Shown here piece after piece: positions 32,293-44,622 of a stretch of 64,000 nt of DNA (positions are counted from its first letter, which is position 1; each line of letters opens with the position of its first letter). Position numbers and translations under genes: made by a program. Source of the stretch: an uncultured Chloroflexia bacterium (GTDB lineage Bacteria; Chloroflexota; Limnocylindria; Limnocylindrales; CSP1-4); contig CAWBQS010000003.1 in NCBI GenBank assembly GCA_963790915.1, forward strand, positions 1,451,711 through 1,515,710. The letters are read 5' to 3'. Below the pieces are notes generated by a model. It did not search any database, was not told the origin of the DNA, and worked only from the letters and a program-made list of their open reading frames with translations.

Positions 32293-33468
32293 ATGCACGC
32301 CCTACGGGATCTGGGCCGGCGGAAGGTGCGCACGACGCTCACCATCCTCGGCATCACCATCGGCATCTGGGCCCTCGTGGTCTTCGGCTCGATGGCCAAC
32401 AAGATCGGCGCCCTCGTCGAGGGCGGCAGCACGTACTACGCCGACAAGATCATCCTGAGTGACGCCTCGGGCTCGCTGGGCGGCTTCGCCAGCGCCCCGA
32501 TGTCGCTCGAGACCGCCGACCTCGTGCGGGCCATCGACGGCGTCGACGCCGTGGCACCCGGGGTCATGCTCCTCATGGACGACCAGGCGGGCGGGATGAC
32601 CATGGGCGTGCCGCCCATGATCAACGGCAGCGTGGTTGGCGCCGACGAGGGGCGCGACGACTTCCCTTACGGCTACACGCAGGGCCGCGGCCTGACCGCA
32701 GCGGACGAGGGCACGGAGGTGACGGTCCTCGGCTCGGACATCGCGCGCAAGTACGACATGGCGGTCGGCGACACGATGACGCTCAAGGACGAGCCGTTCA
32801 CGGTCGTGGGGATCCTGGAGCCCACGCTCACGGCCCCCGACCAGGCCGCCATGATCCCCATGGCCGCCGCCCAGCGGCTCCTCATCGACACCCTGCCCCC
32901 GATGTTCCGGTCGAGGCTCGATCCGTCCGAGGCTGCCACGACCATGACCGTCTACCCCACCGTCGGAGTCGACATCGAGGCCCTGGCCGACCGCATCGAG
33001 GCCGGGGTGCCAGACGTGGCCACCATGACGGGCGCCGACTTCGACCGCCAGATCGGCTCCGCCACCTCGATCCTCAACTCGATCCTCATCGGGGTCGCCC
33101 TCATCAGCCTCCTCGTCGGCGGCCTCTCGGTCATCAACACGATGGCCATGTCGATCGCCGAACGGACCAGGGAGATCGGCGTCAAACGAGCCATCGGCGG
33201 CGGTCGGGCCCGCATCGTGCGCGAGCTCGTCTTCGAGTCGGCGCTCATCGGCTTCATCGGCGGCGTCGTGGGGCTGGTCCTGGGCGCCCTCGTCGTCACG
33301 ATCGCGAACGAGGCCGGCCGCTCGTCAGGCACCGTCCTGTTCGAGCTCACGACCGGCACCGCCATCACGGCGATCGCCTTCGGCACCATCCTCGGTGCCC
33401 TGGCTGGCTTCGTGCCCGCGCTGCACGCCGCCCGGCTCGACCCCGTCACCGCCCTGCGCTACGAATGA
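32293..33468 (+). CDS. ABC transporter permease, MacB/FtsX-like
   Basis: RRKVRTTLTILGITIG, VINTMAMSIAERTREIGVKRAIG and PALHAARLDPVTALRYE. SD ggagg upstream. Confidence 0.88.
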   Translation: MHALRDLGRRKVRTTLTILGITIGIWALVVFGSMANKIGALVEGGSTYYADKIILSDASGSLGGFASAPMSLETADLVRAIDGVDAVAPGVMLLMDDQAGGMTMGVPPMINGSVVGADEGRDDFPYGYTQGRGLTAADEGTEVTVLGSDIARKYDMAVGDTMTLKDEPFTVVGILEPTLTAPDQAAMIPMAAAQRLLIDTLPPMFRSRLDPSEAATTMTVYPTVGVDIEALADRIEAGVPDVATMTGADFDRQIGSATSILNSILIGVALISLLVGGLSVINTMAMSIAERTREIGVKRAIGGGRARIVRELVFESALIGFIGGVVGLVLGALVVTIANEAGRSSGTVLFELTTGTAITAIAFGTILGALAGFVPALHAARLDPVTALRYE

Positions 33469-34202
33469 GCGCCACACGAGCAGGAGCCCCAGCCATGCCA
33501 CTCCTCGAAGGCCACGACCTTCGCAAGACCTATCGGCTCAGCAAGCGCAACCACGTCGCCGCGCTCCGCGGCGTGGACGTCTCCATCGAGGCGGGCGAGA
33601 TGGTCGCCATCATGGGCCCGTCCGGCTCCGGCAAGTCCACGCTCATGCATCTCCTCGGCCTGCTGCACGCTCCTGATGCCAACGACGGGCCGCCCCCGCG
33701 GCTCTCGTTCGGGGGCCGGGACGTGATCGCGCTCGGCGAGTCCGAGCGAACGAAGATCCGGGCACGCGAGATGGGCTTCGTCTTCCAGGAGTTCAACCTC
33801 GTGCCGACCCTGACGGCGCTCGAGAACATCATGCTCGCCGGTGACTACGCGGGCGTGGGTCGCCGCCAGGCTCGCCAGGCTTCGCTGGAGGCCCTGGAGC
33901 TCGTCGGCCTGAGTGACCGCGTCGATCACCGACCCGCGGAGCTCTCCGGCGGTGAGCAGCAACGCGTCGCCCTCGCGCGTGCCCTCGTGAACCGGCCGGC
34001 GCTCGTCCTCGCCGACGAGCCGACCGGCAACCTCGACTCGGAGCGCTCAGACGAGGTGCTCGGCCTCCTGCGCCGCTCCAACCAGGAGCTGGGGCAGACC
34101 TTCGTGCTGGTGACCCACGACGCCGACGTGGGCGCGGCCTGTGACCGGGTCGTACGCATGCGCGATGGCAAGATCCGGGAGGATACGCCCGTCACGGCGT
34201 AG
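33465..34202 (+). CDS. ABC transporter ATP-binding protein, LolD/MacB-like
   Basis: GPSGSGKST, GFVFQEFNL, LSGGEQQR and LADEPTGNLD. Confidence 0.92.
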   Translation: MSATRAGAPAMPLLEGHDLRKTYRLSKRNHVAALRGVDVSIEAGEMVAIMGPSGSGKSTLMHLLGLLHAPDANDGPPPRLSFGGRDVIALGESERTKIRAREMGFVFQEFNLVPTLTALENIMLAGDYAGVGRRQARQASLEALELVGLSDRVDHRPAELSGGEQQRVALARALVNRPALVLADEPTGNLDSERSDEVLGLLRRSNQELGQTFVLVTHDADVGAACDRVVRMRDGKIREDTPVTA

Positions 34203-34340
34203 CGCCGCTCGGAAGGCCGGTCCATCACGACGCACGGTCACCCCGCCGCGGCGTCCGTGGCGCTGCGCGCGATGGCGATCCGCCCGGTAGGCTGCGACGT
34301 CTGACCAGCCATGCGCGCAGCATCGAGAGAGAGGCGGGAG

Positions 34341-35282
34341 ATGCCGAAGATCGGACTCGGGATCCAACTGTGGGCCCAGAACACGGACTGGCCGTCGTAC
34401 CTGGCCGCCGCGCGCCGCGTGGACGAGCTCGGCTACGACCACCTCTGGACGTGGGACCACCTCGTCTCGGCCGTGGGCGACCCGGATCGTCCGGTCTTCG
34501 AGGGCTATGCCACCCTGGCGGCCTGGGCCGCGGTGACGACGCATGCCAGGCTCGGGCTCCTCGTCGGCGCCAACACCTTCCGCAACCCTGCCGTCGTGGC
34601 CAAGACCGTCTCGACCATCGACCACATCAGTGGCGGTCGCGCCATCCTCGGGCTGGGCGGTGGCTGGCACGAGCGTGAGCACGCCGCCTTCGGGCTCGAG
34701 TTCGGCCGCGGCTTCGGCGACCGCCTCGACTGGCTCGAGGAAGCCCTCCAGGTCGTGCGTCCGCTGATGGCCGGCGAGGAGGTGACGCACGAGGGGCCGC
34801 GCTACCGGACCGACCATCTGCGCCTCGCTCCGCCCCCGCTCCAGGCGCGCGTGCCCATCATGGTCGGCGGCGTCGGCGAGAAGAAGACGCTGCGCAGCGT
34901 CGCCCGCCATGCCGATATGTGGAACGCCCAGCTCGAGATCGCGGAGGCGCCCCACAAGATCGAGGTGCTGCGCGCGCACTGCGCGGACGTGGGGCGCGAC
35001 CCCGCCGAGATCGAGCTGACCTACAACTGCAAGATCGTCATCCGCGATCGCGAGGCCGACGCTCGCGCCGTGCTCGACCGCCAGCGCCTGGCCAACAGCC
35101 TCGATCCGGACAGCGCCGACGCCAGCTTCTGGGCCGGGACGGTCGAGACGATCGCGGAGCGCATGGCTGCCTTCGCCGACGCCGGCTTCGCCGGCTTCAC
35201 GATCGAGGAGATGGCGCCCTTCGACGACGAGACGCTCGAGCGCCTCATCGGCGAGGTGAAACCCCTCGTCGAGCGAGGCTGA
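34341..35282 (+). CDS. LLM class (F420-dependent-type) oxidoreductase
   Basis: WTWDH, NTFRNPAVVAK, DHISGGRAILGLG and PIMVGGVGEK. Confidence 0.85.
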   Translation: MPKIGLGIQLWAQNTDWPSYLAAARRVDELGYDHLWTWDHLVSAVGDPDRPVFEGYATLAAWAAVTTHARLGLLVGANTFRNPAVVAKTVSTIDHISGGRAILGLGGGWHEREHAAFGLEFGRGFGDRLDWLEEALQVVRPLMAGEEVTHEGPRYRTDHLRLAPPPLQARVPIMVGGVGEKKTLRSVARHADMWNAQLEIAEAPHKIEVLRAHCADVGRDPAEIELTYNCKIVIRDREADARAVLDRQRLANSLDPDSADASFWAGTVETIAERMAAFADAGFAGFTIEEMAPFDDETLERLIGEVKPLVERG

Positions 35283-35292
35283 GGGGGCCCGA

Positions 35293-36141
35293 TCAGGCAG
35301 CAGCGGCGTCGGCGTCCGGGCAGTCCTGGCGGTACTCGCACCAGTGGCAGCGCCACGGCTCCGGCCGGGGCTCGAAGCGGCGCTCACGCGCCTGGGCCGC
35401 CATCGCCACGAGGTCCTGCTCGAAGCGCGCGAGGTCCGCGTCTGTCCGCGTGGTCGTGACCTCCAGCCCCTCGTCCGCGAAGTACAGGCTGAGGCGCGAT
35501 GCCGGCGGCAGGGCGGCACCAGAGTCCGGATCGCGCAGAGCGCCACGGGCCGCAGCGTAGGCATAGGCCGTCAGCTGCCGGTCTGCGTCCACCTCGGACT
35601 GCGAGCGGGTCCGCCCGGTCTTGTAGTCGCAGATGACCGTGGAGCCATCCGGCGCCCGGTCCACGCGATCGACGTAGCCGACGAAGCGGATCGTGCCGCG
35701 CCCGTCCGGGAGCGGTACGTCCACGCCGAAGCCGAGCTCCGCCGCGACGGGCGTCGTCTCCCGCTGCGCCTCCCGATCGAGGAAGCGCTGCAGGACCGGG
35801 CCGGCGGCGACCCGCAGGCGGGCGTGCTCGTCGGCGTCCAGCCCGGCGCCCGAGAGGACCTCCTCGCAGGCGGCCAGGAGCGTCCCCAGGGTGGGTCCCT
35901 CCGTGCCACCGGCGCCAACGCGCAGCCGCTCGCGGAGATACGTCTCCAGCGCGCGGTGGATGGCTGAGCCGAAGGCGAAGCGACCGGGCGGCACGTGCCC
36001 CGGCAGGTGCTCCACGTAGCGGTAGGCGTAGCTCCGCGGGCAGCGTTCGTACATCGTGAGTGACGAGTAGCTCTCCGAGTCACGGAGCGGAGCGCGGCCC
36101 GCCTGTTCCGTGTCCGGGCGATCCAGGACTGTCTGGGGCAT
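35293..36141 (-). CDS. PD-(D/E)XK nuclease, RecB/AddB/Cas4-like, with Fe-S cysteines
   Basis: SYSSLTMYERCP, GSAIH, E-LGF, GYVDRVD, CDYKTG, QLTAY and CHWCEYRQDC. Confidence 0.85.
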   Translation of the reverse strand: MPQTVLDRPDTEQAGRAPLRDSESYSSLTMYERCPRSYAYRYVEHLPGHVPPGRFAFGSAIHRALETYLRERLRVGAGGTEGPTLGTLLAACEEVLSGAGLDADEHARLRVAAGPVLQRFLDREAQRETTPVAAELGFGVDVPLPDGRGTIRFVGYVDRVDRAPDGSTVICDYKTGRTRSQSEVDADRQLTAYAYAAARGALRDPDSGAALPPASRLSLYFADEGLEVTTTRTDADLARFEQDLVAMAAQARERRFEPRPEPWRCHWCEYRQDCPDADAAAA

Positions 36142-36176
36142 CGATGACCTCCTGCACCGGAAGCATCGCGACGCCC

Positions 36177-36196
36177 TGTGCCAGCTTGGTTGGCAC
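36177..36196. promoter_or_regulatory. Palindrome TGTGCCA-gcttggt-TGGCAC (site 1 of 3)
   Basis: Intergenic, 36 bp from the nuclease start codon. The same motif occurs at 42529 and 51639. Confidence 0.6.
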
Positions 36197-36244
36197 GGCC
36201 CGGGATCGACGGATCACGGCCGTCGTTGTGCTACATTGTGCGTC

Positions 36245-36550
36245 ATGAGTCAGCGCGGTGCCCCCTTGTCGCGGGTCGGGGTGCGGGAGCTGCGCCAGAA
36301 CCTGTCCGTCTACCTCGATCGGGTGAAGGCTGGTGAGACGCTGGAGGTGACCGAGCATGGACACCCGGTGGCCCGACTCGGCCCCCGACCCGCGGAGCCC
36401 ATGACGCCGATCGAGCGGCTCATCGCGGAGGGTCGGGCGACCCCGGCGACTGGAGACCTGTCTGAGCTCGGGCCGCCGCCGAAGCTCCCTGAAGGCACCC
36501 CGAGCCTGACCGAGATCCTCCTCCGGATGCGCGAAGAGGAGCGTTGGTGA
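36245..36550 (+). CDS. Phd/YefM-type antitoxin (copy 2)
   Basis: VGVRELRQNLS...LEVTEHGHPVARL. An extended -10 TGCTACATT lies 7 nt before the ATG. Confidence 0.88.
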   Translation: MSQRGAPLSRVGVRELRQNLSVYLDRVKAGETLEVTEHGHPVARLGPRPAEPMTPIERLIAEGRATPATGDLSELGPPPKLPEGTPSLTEILLRMREEERW

Positions 36551-36996
36551 CCGAGCGGTCCGCGATCTACTTGGACGCGTCCGCCATCGTGAAGCTCATC
36601 GTCGACGAGCCGGGCTCCGCGGACCTCATCGAGTACCTCGCGACCAGGCCGGTGCGCGTCACGAGCCGCATCGCCGACGTGGAGGTGCGCCGGGCGGTCG
36701 GACGACTCGGCGAGGTCATCGACCATGACCGTCTCGCCCGAGTGCTTGCGGCACTGACGATGGCGGAGCTGGACGATCCGCTGGCCCTCGCCGCCGGGCG
36801 CCTCACGCCTCCGGTCCTCCGGACGCTCGACGCCATCCACCTGGCGACGGCGCTGGAGCTCATCTCCGACCTGGAGGCCTTCGTGACGTACGACCGACGC
36901 CTGGCCGAGGCGGCCACCGAGGCCGGGATCGTGGTCGTCTCGCCAGGATCCCGCACCACGAGCGGAGTCGATAGCGAGCCAACGCCGGCCGTGTAG
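36547..36996 (+). CDS. vapC: VapC PIN-domain toxin (copy 2)
   Basis: YLDASA, DVEV, TLDAIHLATA and VTYDRRL. Confidence 0.9.
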   Translation: MTERSAIYLDASAIVKLIVDEPGSADLIEYLATRPVRVTSRIADVEVRRAVGRLGEVIDHDRLARVLAALTMAELDDPLALAAGRLTPPVLRTLDAIHLATALELISDLEAFVTYDRRLAEAATEAGIVVVSPGSRTTSGVDSEPTPAV

Positions 36997-37052
36997 GTCC
37001 TCCGCCGGGCCGTTGAGCCGGCAGATGGCGCCGATGCGTCCGCCGCCTGTGC

Positions 37053-37496
37053 TCAGGTGGTCCCTGGCCGCTTGAGCGGATCGACCCAGCGCAAGCCGGG
37101 GAAGCGGCCGAAGTCCGTGTCGTTGGAGTACAGGTCGGCGCCCTGCTCGATGGCGTACGCCGCCAGCTGGATGTCCGTGGTCAGGTTCGCCCCGGTCCCC
37201 ATCGTCTCGAGGAGGCCGAAGGCGATCTCGAGGTACCGCGGCCCGGGGACGATGAACCTGGTGTTGGGCTGGGCCAGCCACTCCCGTACGCGGCCGACGG
37301 CATCGCCCACCGACATCGCCGACTCCAGCACGCGGCCGCTGGTGGCGATACGGAGGTATCCGAACAGGGCTGGAGAGGTCAGGCCCACGAGGTCCGACCC
37401 GTTGAGGAGGTCCTCCAGCCAGGCACGCGACCGTTCGTGCTGCGGGAACCCGCTGATGGTGGCGTAGAGCAGCAGGTTGACGTCCGGGATGATCAC
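37053..37496 (-). CDS. vapC: VapC PIN-domain toxin (mycobacterial-like subfamily)
   Basis: IPDVNLLLYA, FLRIAT-like GYLRIATS, DIQLAAYA and YSNDTDFGRFPGL. Confidence 0.9.
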   Translation of the reverse strand: MIIPDVNLLLYATISGFPQHERSRAWLEDLLNGSDLVGLTSPALFGYLRIATSGRVLESAMSVGDAVGRVREWLAQPNTRFIVPGPRYLEIAFGLLETMGTGANLTTDIQLAAYAIEQGADLYSNDTDFGRFPGLRWVDPLKRPGTT

Positions 37497-37750
37497 CCGG
37501 AGCGACGCGCGTCCGCCAGCAGGGCGTCGTCCTCGAGCTCGTCGGCAAGCTGGTTGAGCCTGGCGAGGTCGATCCCCGGGCGGACGGCCGATCGGTGGGC
37601 CACCAGTCGCACGCGTTCGCGCCTGGACGGCGGAGCGAGCGCTTGCCGGAGCGCCTCGTTCACCACCTGCTTCATGGGCCGCCGCTCCCGATGGACCGCT
37701 TCATCGATCAGGCGTGCGACATCGGCGTCGAGCGTCAGGGTGGTGCGCAT
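37493..37750 (-). CDS. VapB-like RHH/CopG antitoxin
   Basis: MRTTLTLDADV...MKQVVNEALRQAL. GTGA overlap with the toxin. Confidence 0.85.
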   Translation of the reverse strand: MRTTLTLDADVARLIDEAVHRERRPMKQVVNEALRQALAPPSRRERVRLVAHRSAVRPGIDLARLNQLADELEDDALLADARRSG

Positions 37751-37754
37751 GGCA

Positions 37755-37766
37755 GCATCATGATGC
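37755..37766. promoter_or_regulatory. Perfect 12-bp palindrome GCATCATGATGC, putative antitoxin operator
   Basis: 4 bp upstream of the antitoxin ATG. No SD is present. Confidence 0.6.
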
Positions 37767-37873
37767 GCGTTACTGGTGACGTCAAGATGTCATGCGAGTG
37801 AATGACATCGGCCGGATCGCCTGGGCCGGCTCACGTCGCGGAACCGCGGGGCCCCCCGACGCGTCGACGACGC

Positions 37874-39150
37874 ATGAACGCGAAGCTCGCCGCCCTGGTC
37901 CCGCTCGTCCTCCTGCTGGCCACCAGCGCATCACCGGCCCTCGCCCAGGGCGACGTGGGGGTGGCGCAGGCGGATGTCCCTCGGGCCTCGACGTCCCCTG
38001 CGGACGCCACGGAGGCCGGAGCAGCCCTCGATGCCTTCGGCCTCGACCTCTATCGAGCGCTCTCGCCGGGCCAGACGAACATGGTCTTCTCGCCGACGAG
38101 CATCAGCCTCGCCCTGGCCATGGCGAGGGCCGGCGCCCGGGGTCAGACCGCCGCCGAGATGGACGCCGTCATGCACGCGCTCGCCTCGGACGAGCACGCG
38201 GGCTGGCTGAACGCGCTCGACCAGGCACTCGCATCGCGAAGCGGCACGTCCACCGACGACAGTGGCCAGGCGCTGCCTGTGACGCTGCGGATCGCCAACG
38301 CCCCGTTCGCCCAGCAGGGGATGCCCCTGGAGGCCGCCTACCTCGAGACCCTCGCTGCGCGCTACGGCGCCGGGCTCCGCCTGGTGGACTACATGCTCGG
38401 CGACCGAGGCGGCGCGCCAGACCATCAACGCCTGGGTGGACGAGCGCACCGAGCAGCGCATCCCGGAGCTGCTCGTCGAGGGCGTGCTCACGCCGGCGAC
38501 CCGGCTCGCCCTCGTCAACGCCATCTACCTCAAGGCTCCATGGCAGACGCCATTCGAGCCCGAGGCGACGCAGGAAGGGGTCTTCACGCGGGCCGACGGC
38601 TCGACGGTGGAGGTGCCGTTCATGACCACGACGGCGTCGCTGCCGTATGCCTCGGGAGACGGCTGGCAGGCGCTCGAGATCCCCTACGTGGGCGGCTCGC
38701 TCGCGCTGACCCTCATCCTCCCGGACGACCTGGCCGACTTCGAGCGGGCGCTCACCCCGGACGGACTCGCGGCCATCACCTCGTCGCTGAGCGACACGCA
38801 GGTGGCGCTGGAGATGCCCAGGTTCGGGATCGAGTCGAAGACGGAGCTGGCGACCATCCTCGCCGCGCTCGGCATGCCCACGGCCTTCGGCGATGGGGCC
38901 GACTTCAGCGGCATCACCACGGCCGAGCAGCTGGCCATCTCCAACGTCATCCACCAGGCCAACATCGATGTCGACGAGAAGGGCACGGAGGCGGCGGCTG
39001 CGACCGTGGTCGTGATGGAGCGAGTCCGCGATGCCCAGCGAGCCGCTGTCCGTCCGGGTGGACCGACCCTTCCTGTTCGCGCTCCGGGATGTCCCGACGG
39101 GCGCCATGCTCTTCCTCGGTCGCGTCGGCGACCCGTCGATCGAGCGCTGA
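37874..39150 (+). CDS. Secreted serpin (frameshifts near 38400 and 39030)
   Basis: Signal peptide, NMVFSPTSI, NAIYLKAPW, hinge EKGTEAAAAT, and VDRPFLF...LFLGRV. Confidence 0.88.
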
Positions 39151-39178
39151 TCGGGAGAACAGAACGGGGGAGAAGACG

Positions 39179-39880
39179 ATGACGACCGAACGACCCGACC
39201 TCGCCGCAGCCAGCGCGCTCCCCGCCGCGAGGTCACAGCCACGCGTCCAGGTGGCGATGGACGTGACTTCGCTCGACGAGGCGACCCGTCTGGCCACCGC
39301 GGCGCTGGACGCTGGGGCCGATCAGCTCGAGATCGGCAAGCCGCTCATCGAGTTCCTGGGCCTGCAGGGCGCCGCCTCGATCATCGCTCGCTTCCCGGGC
39401 GTCCGCTTCGAGCTCGACCTGATGATCATGGCGGCCGCGGCCGGCTTCGTCGAAGCAGCGGCCGACATGGGAGCGCACGGCGTGACCGTCACGGCACTCG
39501 TCCCCTGGGTCACCATCGAGGACGCGGTCAGACGCGGCCAGGAGCTCGGCGTCCGGGTCTGCGTCGACCTCTTCAACGTCAGCGATCCCGTCGCCACGGC
39601 ACACAGGGCGGAGCGCACGGGGGCCGGGGCCGTGATGGTGCATGTCGGCGTCGACCAACGTCGCCATGATCCGCACTACTCCCAGCTGAACGAGCTGCGA
39701 CAGGTCGCCGGCTCCCTCTCGATCCCGGTGGCCTACGCGACATACGACGTGGACGAGGCCGTGGCGGCTGTCGCTGCGGGCGCCTCGGAGATCGTCCAGG
39801 GCACGCCACTGATCGAAGCCGACGATCCACGAGCTGCCCTGGCGGCGTTCATCGCCCGGGTCAAGGGTCGGGACGCCTGA
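39179..39880 (+). CDS. OMP decarboxylase/HUMPS (hexulose-6-phosphate synthase-like) family protein with degenerate motif
   Basis: VQVAMD, LEIGKPL, DLMIMA in place of DxKxxD, and VHVGVDQ. Confidence 0.7.
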   Translation: MTTERPDLAAASALPAARSQPRVQVAMDVTSLDEATRLATAALDAGADQLEIGKPLIEFLGLQGAASIIARFPGVRFELDLMIMAAAAGFVEAAADMGAHGVTVTALVPWVTIEDAVRRGQELGVRVCVDLFNVSDPVATAHRAERTGAGAVMVHVGVDQRRHDPHYSQLNELRQVAGSLSIPVAYATYDVDEAVAAVAAGASEIVQGTPLIEADDPRAALAAFIARVKGRDA

Positions 39881-39968
39881 CCGCTGACCCTGCAGCCGCA
39901 GCCATCCGACCCGCGGCAGGCGAGAACGACGCCTGCTGGCCGCCCGGCCCGCTATCCTGCGCGCCACC

Positions 39969-40517
39969 ATGGACTCGACCTACGTGGCCCTGCTGCGCGG
40001 CATCAATGTCGGCGGCAAGAACCGCATCCTGATGGCTGACCTGGTGGCCTGTTTCGAGTCCGCCGGGTATGAGGACGTGCGGACCTTCATCCAGAGCGGC
40101 AACGTCGTGTTCCGGGCGGACCAGGGTGAGCGCGCCCAGCTCACTGACGCGATCGAGCGGGTGCTCGCCGATGCGTTCGACTACCGCGCGACCATCGCGC
40201 TCAGGGACCACGAGGAGATGCGCGCGGTCGTCGACGCGGCGCCGCCCGGGTTCGGCGCGGAACCGGACCACTACCGCTATGACGTGCTCTTCCTGATACC
40301 CCCACTGACGCCCGACGAGGTGCTCGGCGCACTGACGATGAAGGACGGTGTCGACGCGGCCTGGGCTGGACCGGGCGTGGTCTATCACTCGCGACTGATG
40401 GCGCGTGCCTCCGAGAGCCGGATGTCACGGCTCGTGTCGCACCCCGCGTACCAGCGCATCACCATCCGGAACTGGAATACGACGACGAGGCTGTACTCGA
40501 TGATGGCCCGCGAGTAA
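39969..40517 (+). CDS. DUF1697 family protein
   Basis: YVALLRGINVGGKN, TFIQSGNV and TIRNWNT. Confidence 0.88.
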   Translation: MDSTYVALLRGINVGGKNRILMADLVACFESAGYEDVRTFIQSGNVVFRADQGERAQLTDAIERVLADAFDYRATIALRDHEEMRAVVDAAPPGFGAEPDHYRYDVLFLIPPLTPDEVLGALTMKDGVDAAWAGPGVVYHSRLMARASESRMSRLVSHPAYQRITIRNWNTTTRLYSMMARE

Positions 40518-40678
40518 CCGGACCGCGCGCTTTCCGAGCTCGGACGGGCGGGGCTGGGCCCGTGCCACGAGCGGCACCATGCCGGGCAACGCCTGGCGGA
40601 ACGTCAGTTGGCGGATGCCTCCGCGATCCGTCGATGCGGCCTACCGCCAACAACGCGGAGTGGCTCGACGGCGTGGTA

Positions 40679-41152
40679 TCAACGGTGAGGGAGGCGCCAG
40701 TGCGAAAGCAGCGGCGGGAGGTCTGACAGCCCGGGATCTCGAGGTGGTGGCGAACCGCCATCGTCGCCGTCCCAGCTGCGAAGGTATTGGTCGGGGATGT
40801 CGCCCCAGCCGAAGAACGGCATCGGCCTGTGCGGAACGATGCCGAAGGCCTCGATCGGGTCCACGCGCTTCGGGCCCACCGTGCACAGGTGAGCCCAGTA
40901 GTCGCCGAGGTCGAACACGTACGCGAACTGCTCATCGAGCTGGAGCCGGCTCAGCCGCTCGCGCTGATCGTCGATGGCGGGACCGAGCTCCTCCCAGTCC
41001 ATGTACGGTGTCGTCAGTCGCGACCCGTCGGCGAGGGTGAACTCATGGCGATGTGCCCGGTCCCAGCGCGCGAAGGCGTCGTCGATGGCGTCCGCCAGCT
41101 GCGCGAAGGTGTGGTTCCGAGCTGCCGCGAACAGGCGTCCTGGGCGCGGCAA
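40679..41152 (-). CDS. pRiA4b ORF3-like protein (N-terminus probably extends to ~41200 and is frameshifted)
   Basis: PRPGRLFAA, FAQLADAIDDAF, HRHEF, FAYVFDLGDYW-H and WGDIPDQY. Confidence 0.6.
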   Translation of the reverse strand: MPRPGRLFAAARNHTFAQLADAIDDAFARWDRAHRHEFTLADGSRLTTPYMDWEELGPAIDDQRERLSRLQLDEQFAYVFDLGDYWAHLCTVGPKRVDPIEAFGIVPHRPMPFFGWGDIPDQYLRSWDGDDGGSPPPRDPGLSDLPPLLSHWRLPHR

Positions 41153-41201
41153 CAGGCTCCCCAGCGACTAGGGCTCCACCCGGATGCGACAGCGAGTCAC
41201 G

Positions 41202-42492
<1,291 letters not shown>

Positions 42493-42528
42493 GTTGGGTC
42501 TGCGGCGGGCAGCGGATCCAGGCGCCCT

Positions 42529-42548
42529 TGTGCCAGACAGGTGGCACA
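42529..42548. promoter_or_regulatory. Palindrome TGTGCCA-gacagg-TGGCACA (site 2 of 3)
   Basis: Intergenic, about 160 bp upstream of the SNF2 start and about 37 bp after the end of the degraded copy. Confidence 0.55.
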
Positions 42549-42710
42549 CCGCCGGCGGAAGATATCCGCGCGCGAGAGGGACGTCGCCAGCAGTCGAGCA
42601 GCGGCCCGAACGTCTATCGAGAGCGCCTGAGAGACCCGGCTCCCTGACGGCGCGGCAACCGGCCCCGAGCGGGCACGGTGCCCCAGCCGGGTGCGATAGC
42701 GAGGTTCACG

Positions 42711-44417
<1,707 letters not shown>

Positions 44418-44608
44418 CGGGGACATCGTCGGGTCGCTCAGCACCCTCTGCGACATGCGCAACCAGTGGTCGCTGGCGCCTACCATCGGATCGACACTCA
44501 GAACGGGGGAAGTCCTATGAACGCGTCTTCTACGTGGTACGACCCGGCGATCGGTGAGATGCCCGGGCGCCGCGAGGCGGCCGAGGCGGCAGCGTGAGCT
44601 GGTATGGC

Positions 44609-44622
44609 ACTATGGCCATAGT
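44609..44622. promoter_or_regulatory. Perfect 14-bp palindrome ACTATGGCCATAGT abutting the antitoxin ATG
   Basis: Directly precedes the ATG at 44623. gtatggca repeats occur at 44602 and 44621. Confidence 0.6.

Larger units (their letters stand above)
36222..37007 (+). repeat. Copy 2 of the duplicated vapBC cassette (intact)
   Basis: See 29933-30717. Confidence 0.92.

Noticed and set aside
35293-36141. cas4 as evidence of a CRISPR-Cas locus
   Set aside because: No other cas gene or array in the window. The motifs are shared with non-Cas RecB/AddB-type nucleases.
37802-39880. 692-aa serpin-HUMPS fusion
   Set aside because: The serpin shifts frame near 38400 and has its own stop at 39150. The HUMPS-like gene has a separate SD and ATG.
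40562-40577. Fourth copy of the palindrome (GTGCCA-cgagc-GGCAC)
   Set aside because: The spacer is too short and the right arm and flanks are imperfect, so it was not counted.
44517-44530. LexA box (gaacgcgtcttc)
   Set aside because: It mismatches GAAC-N4-GTTC and is not positioned at a promoter of a repair gene.
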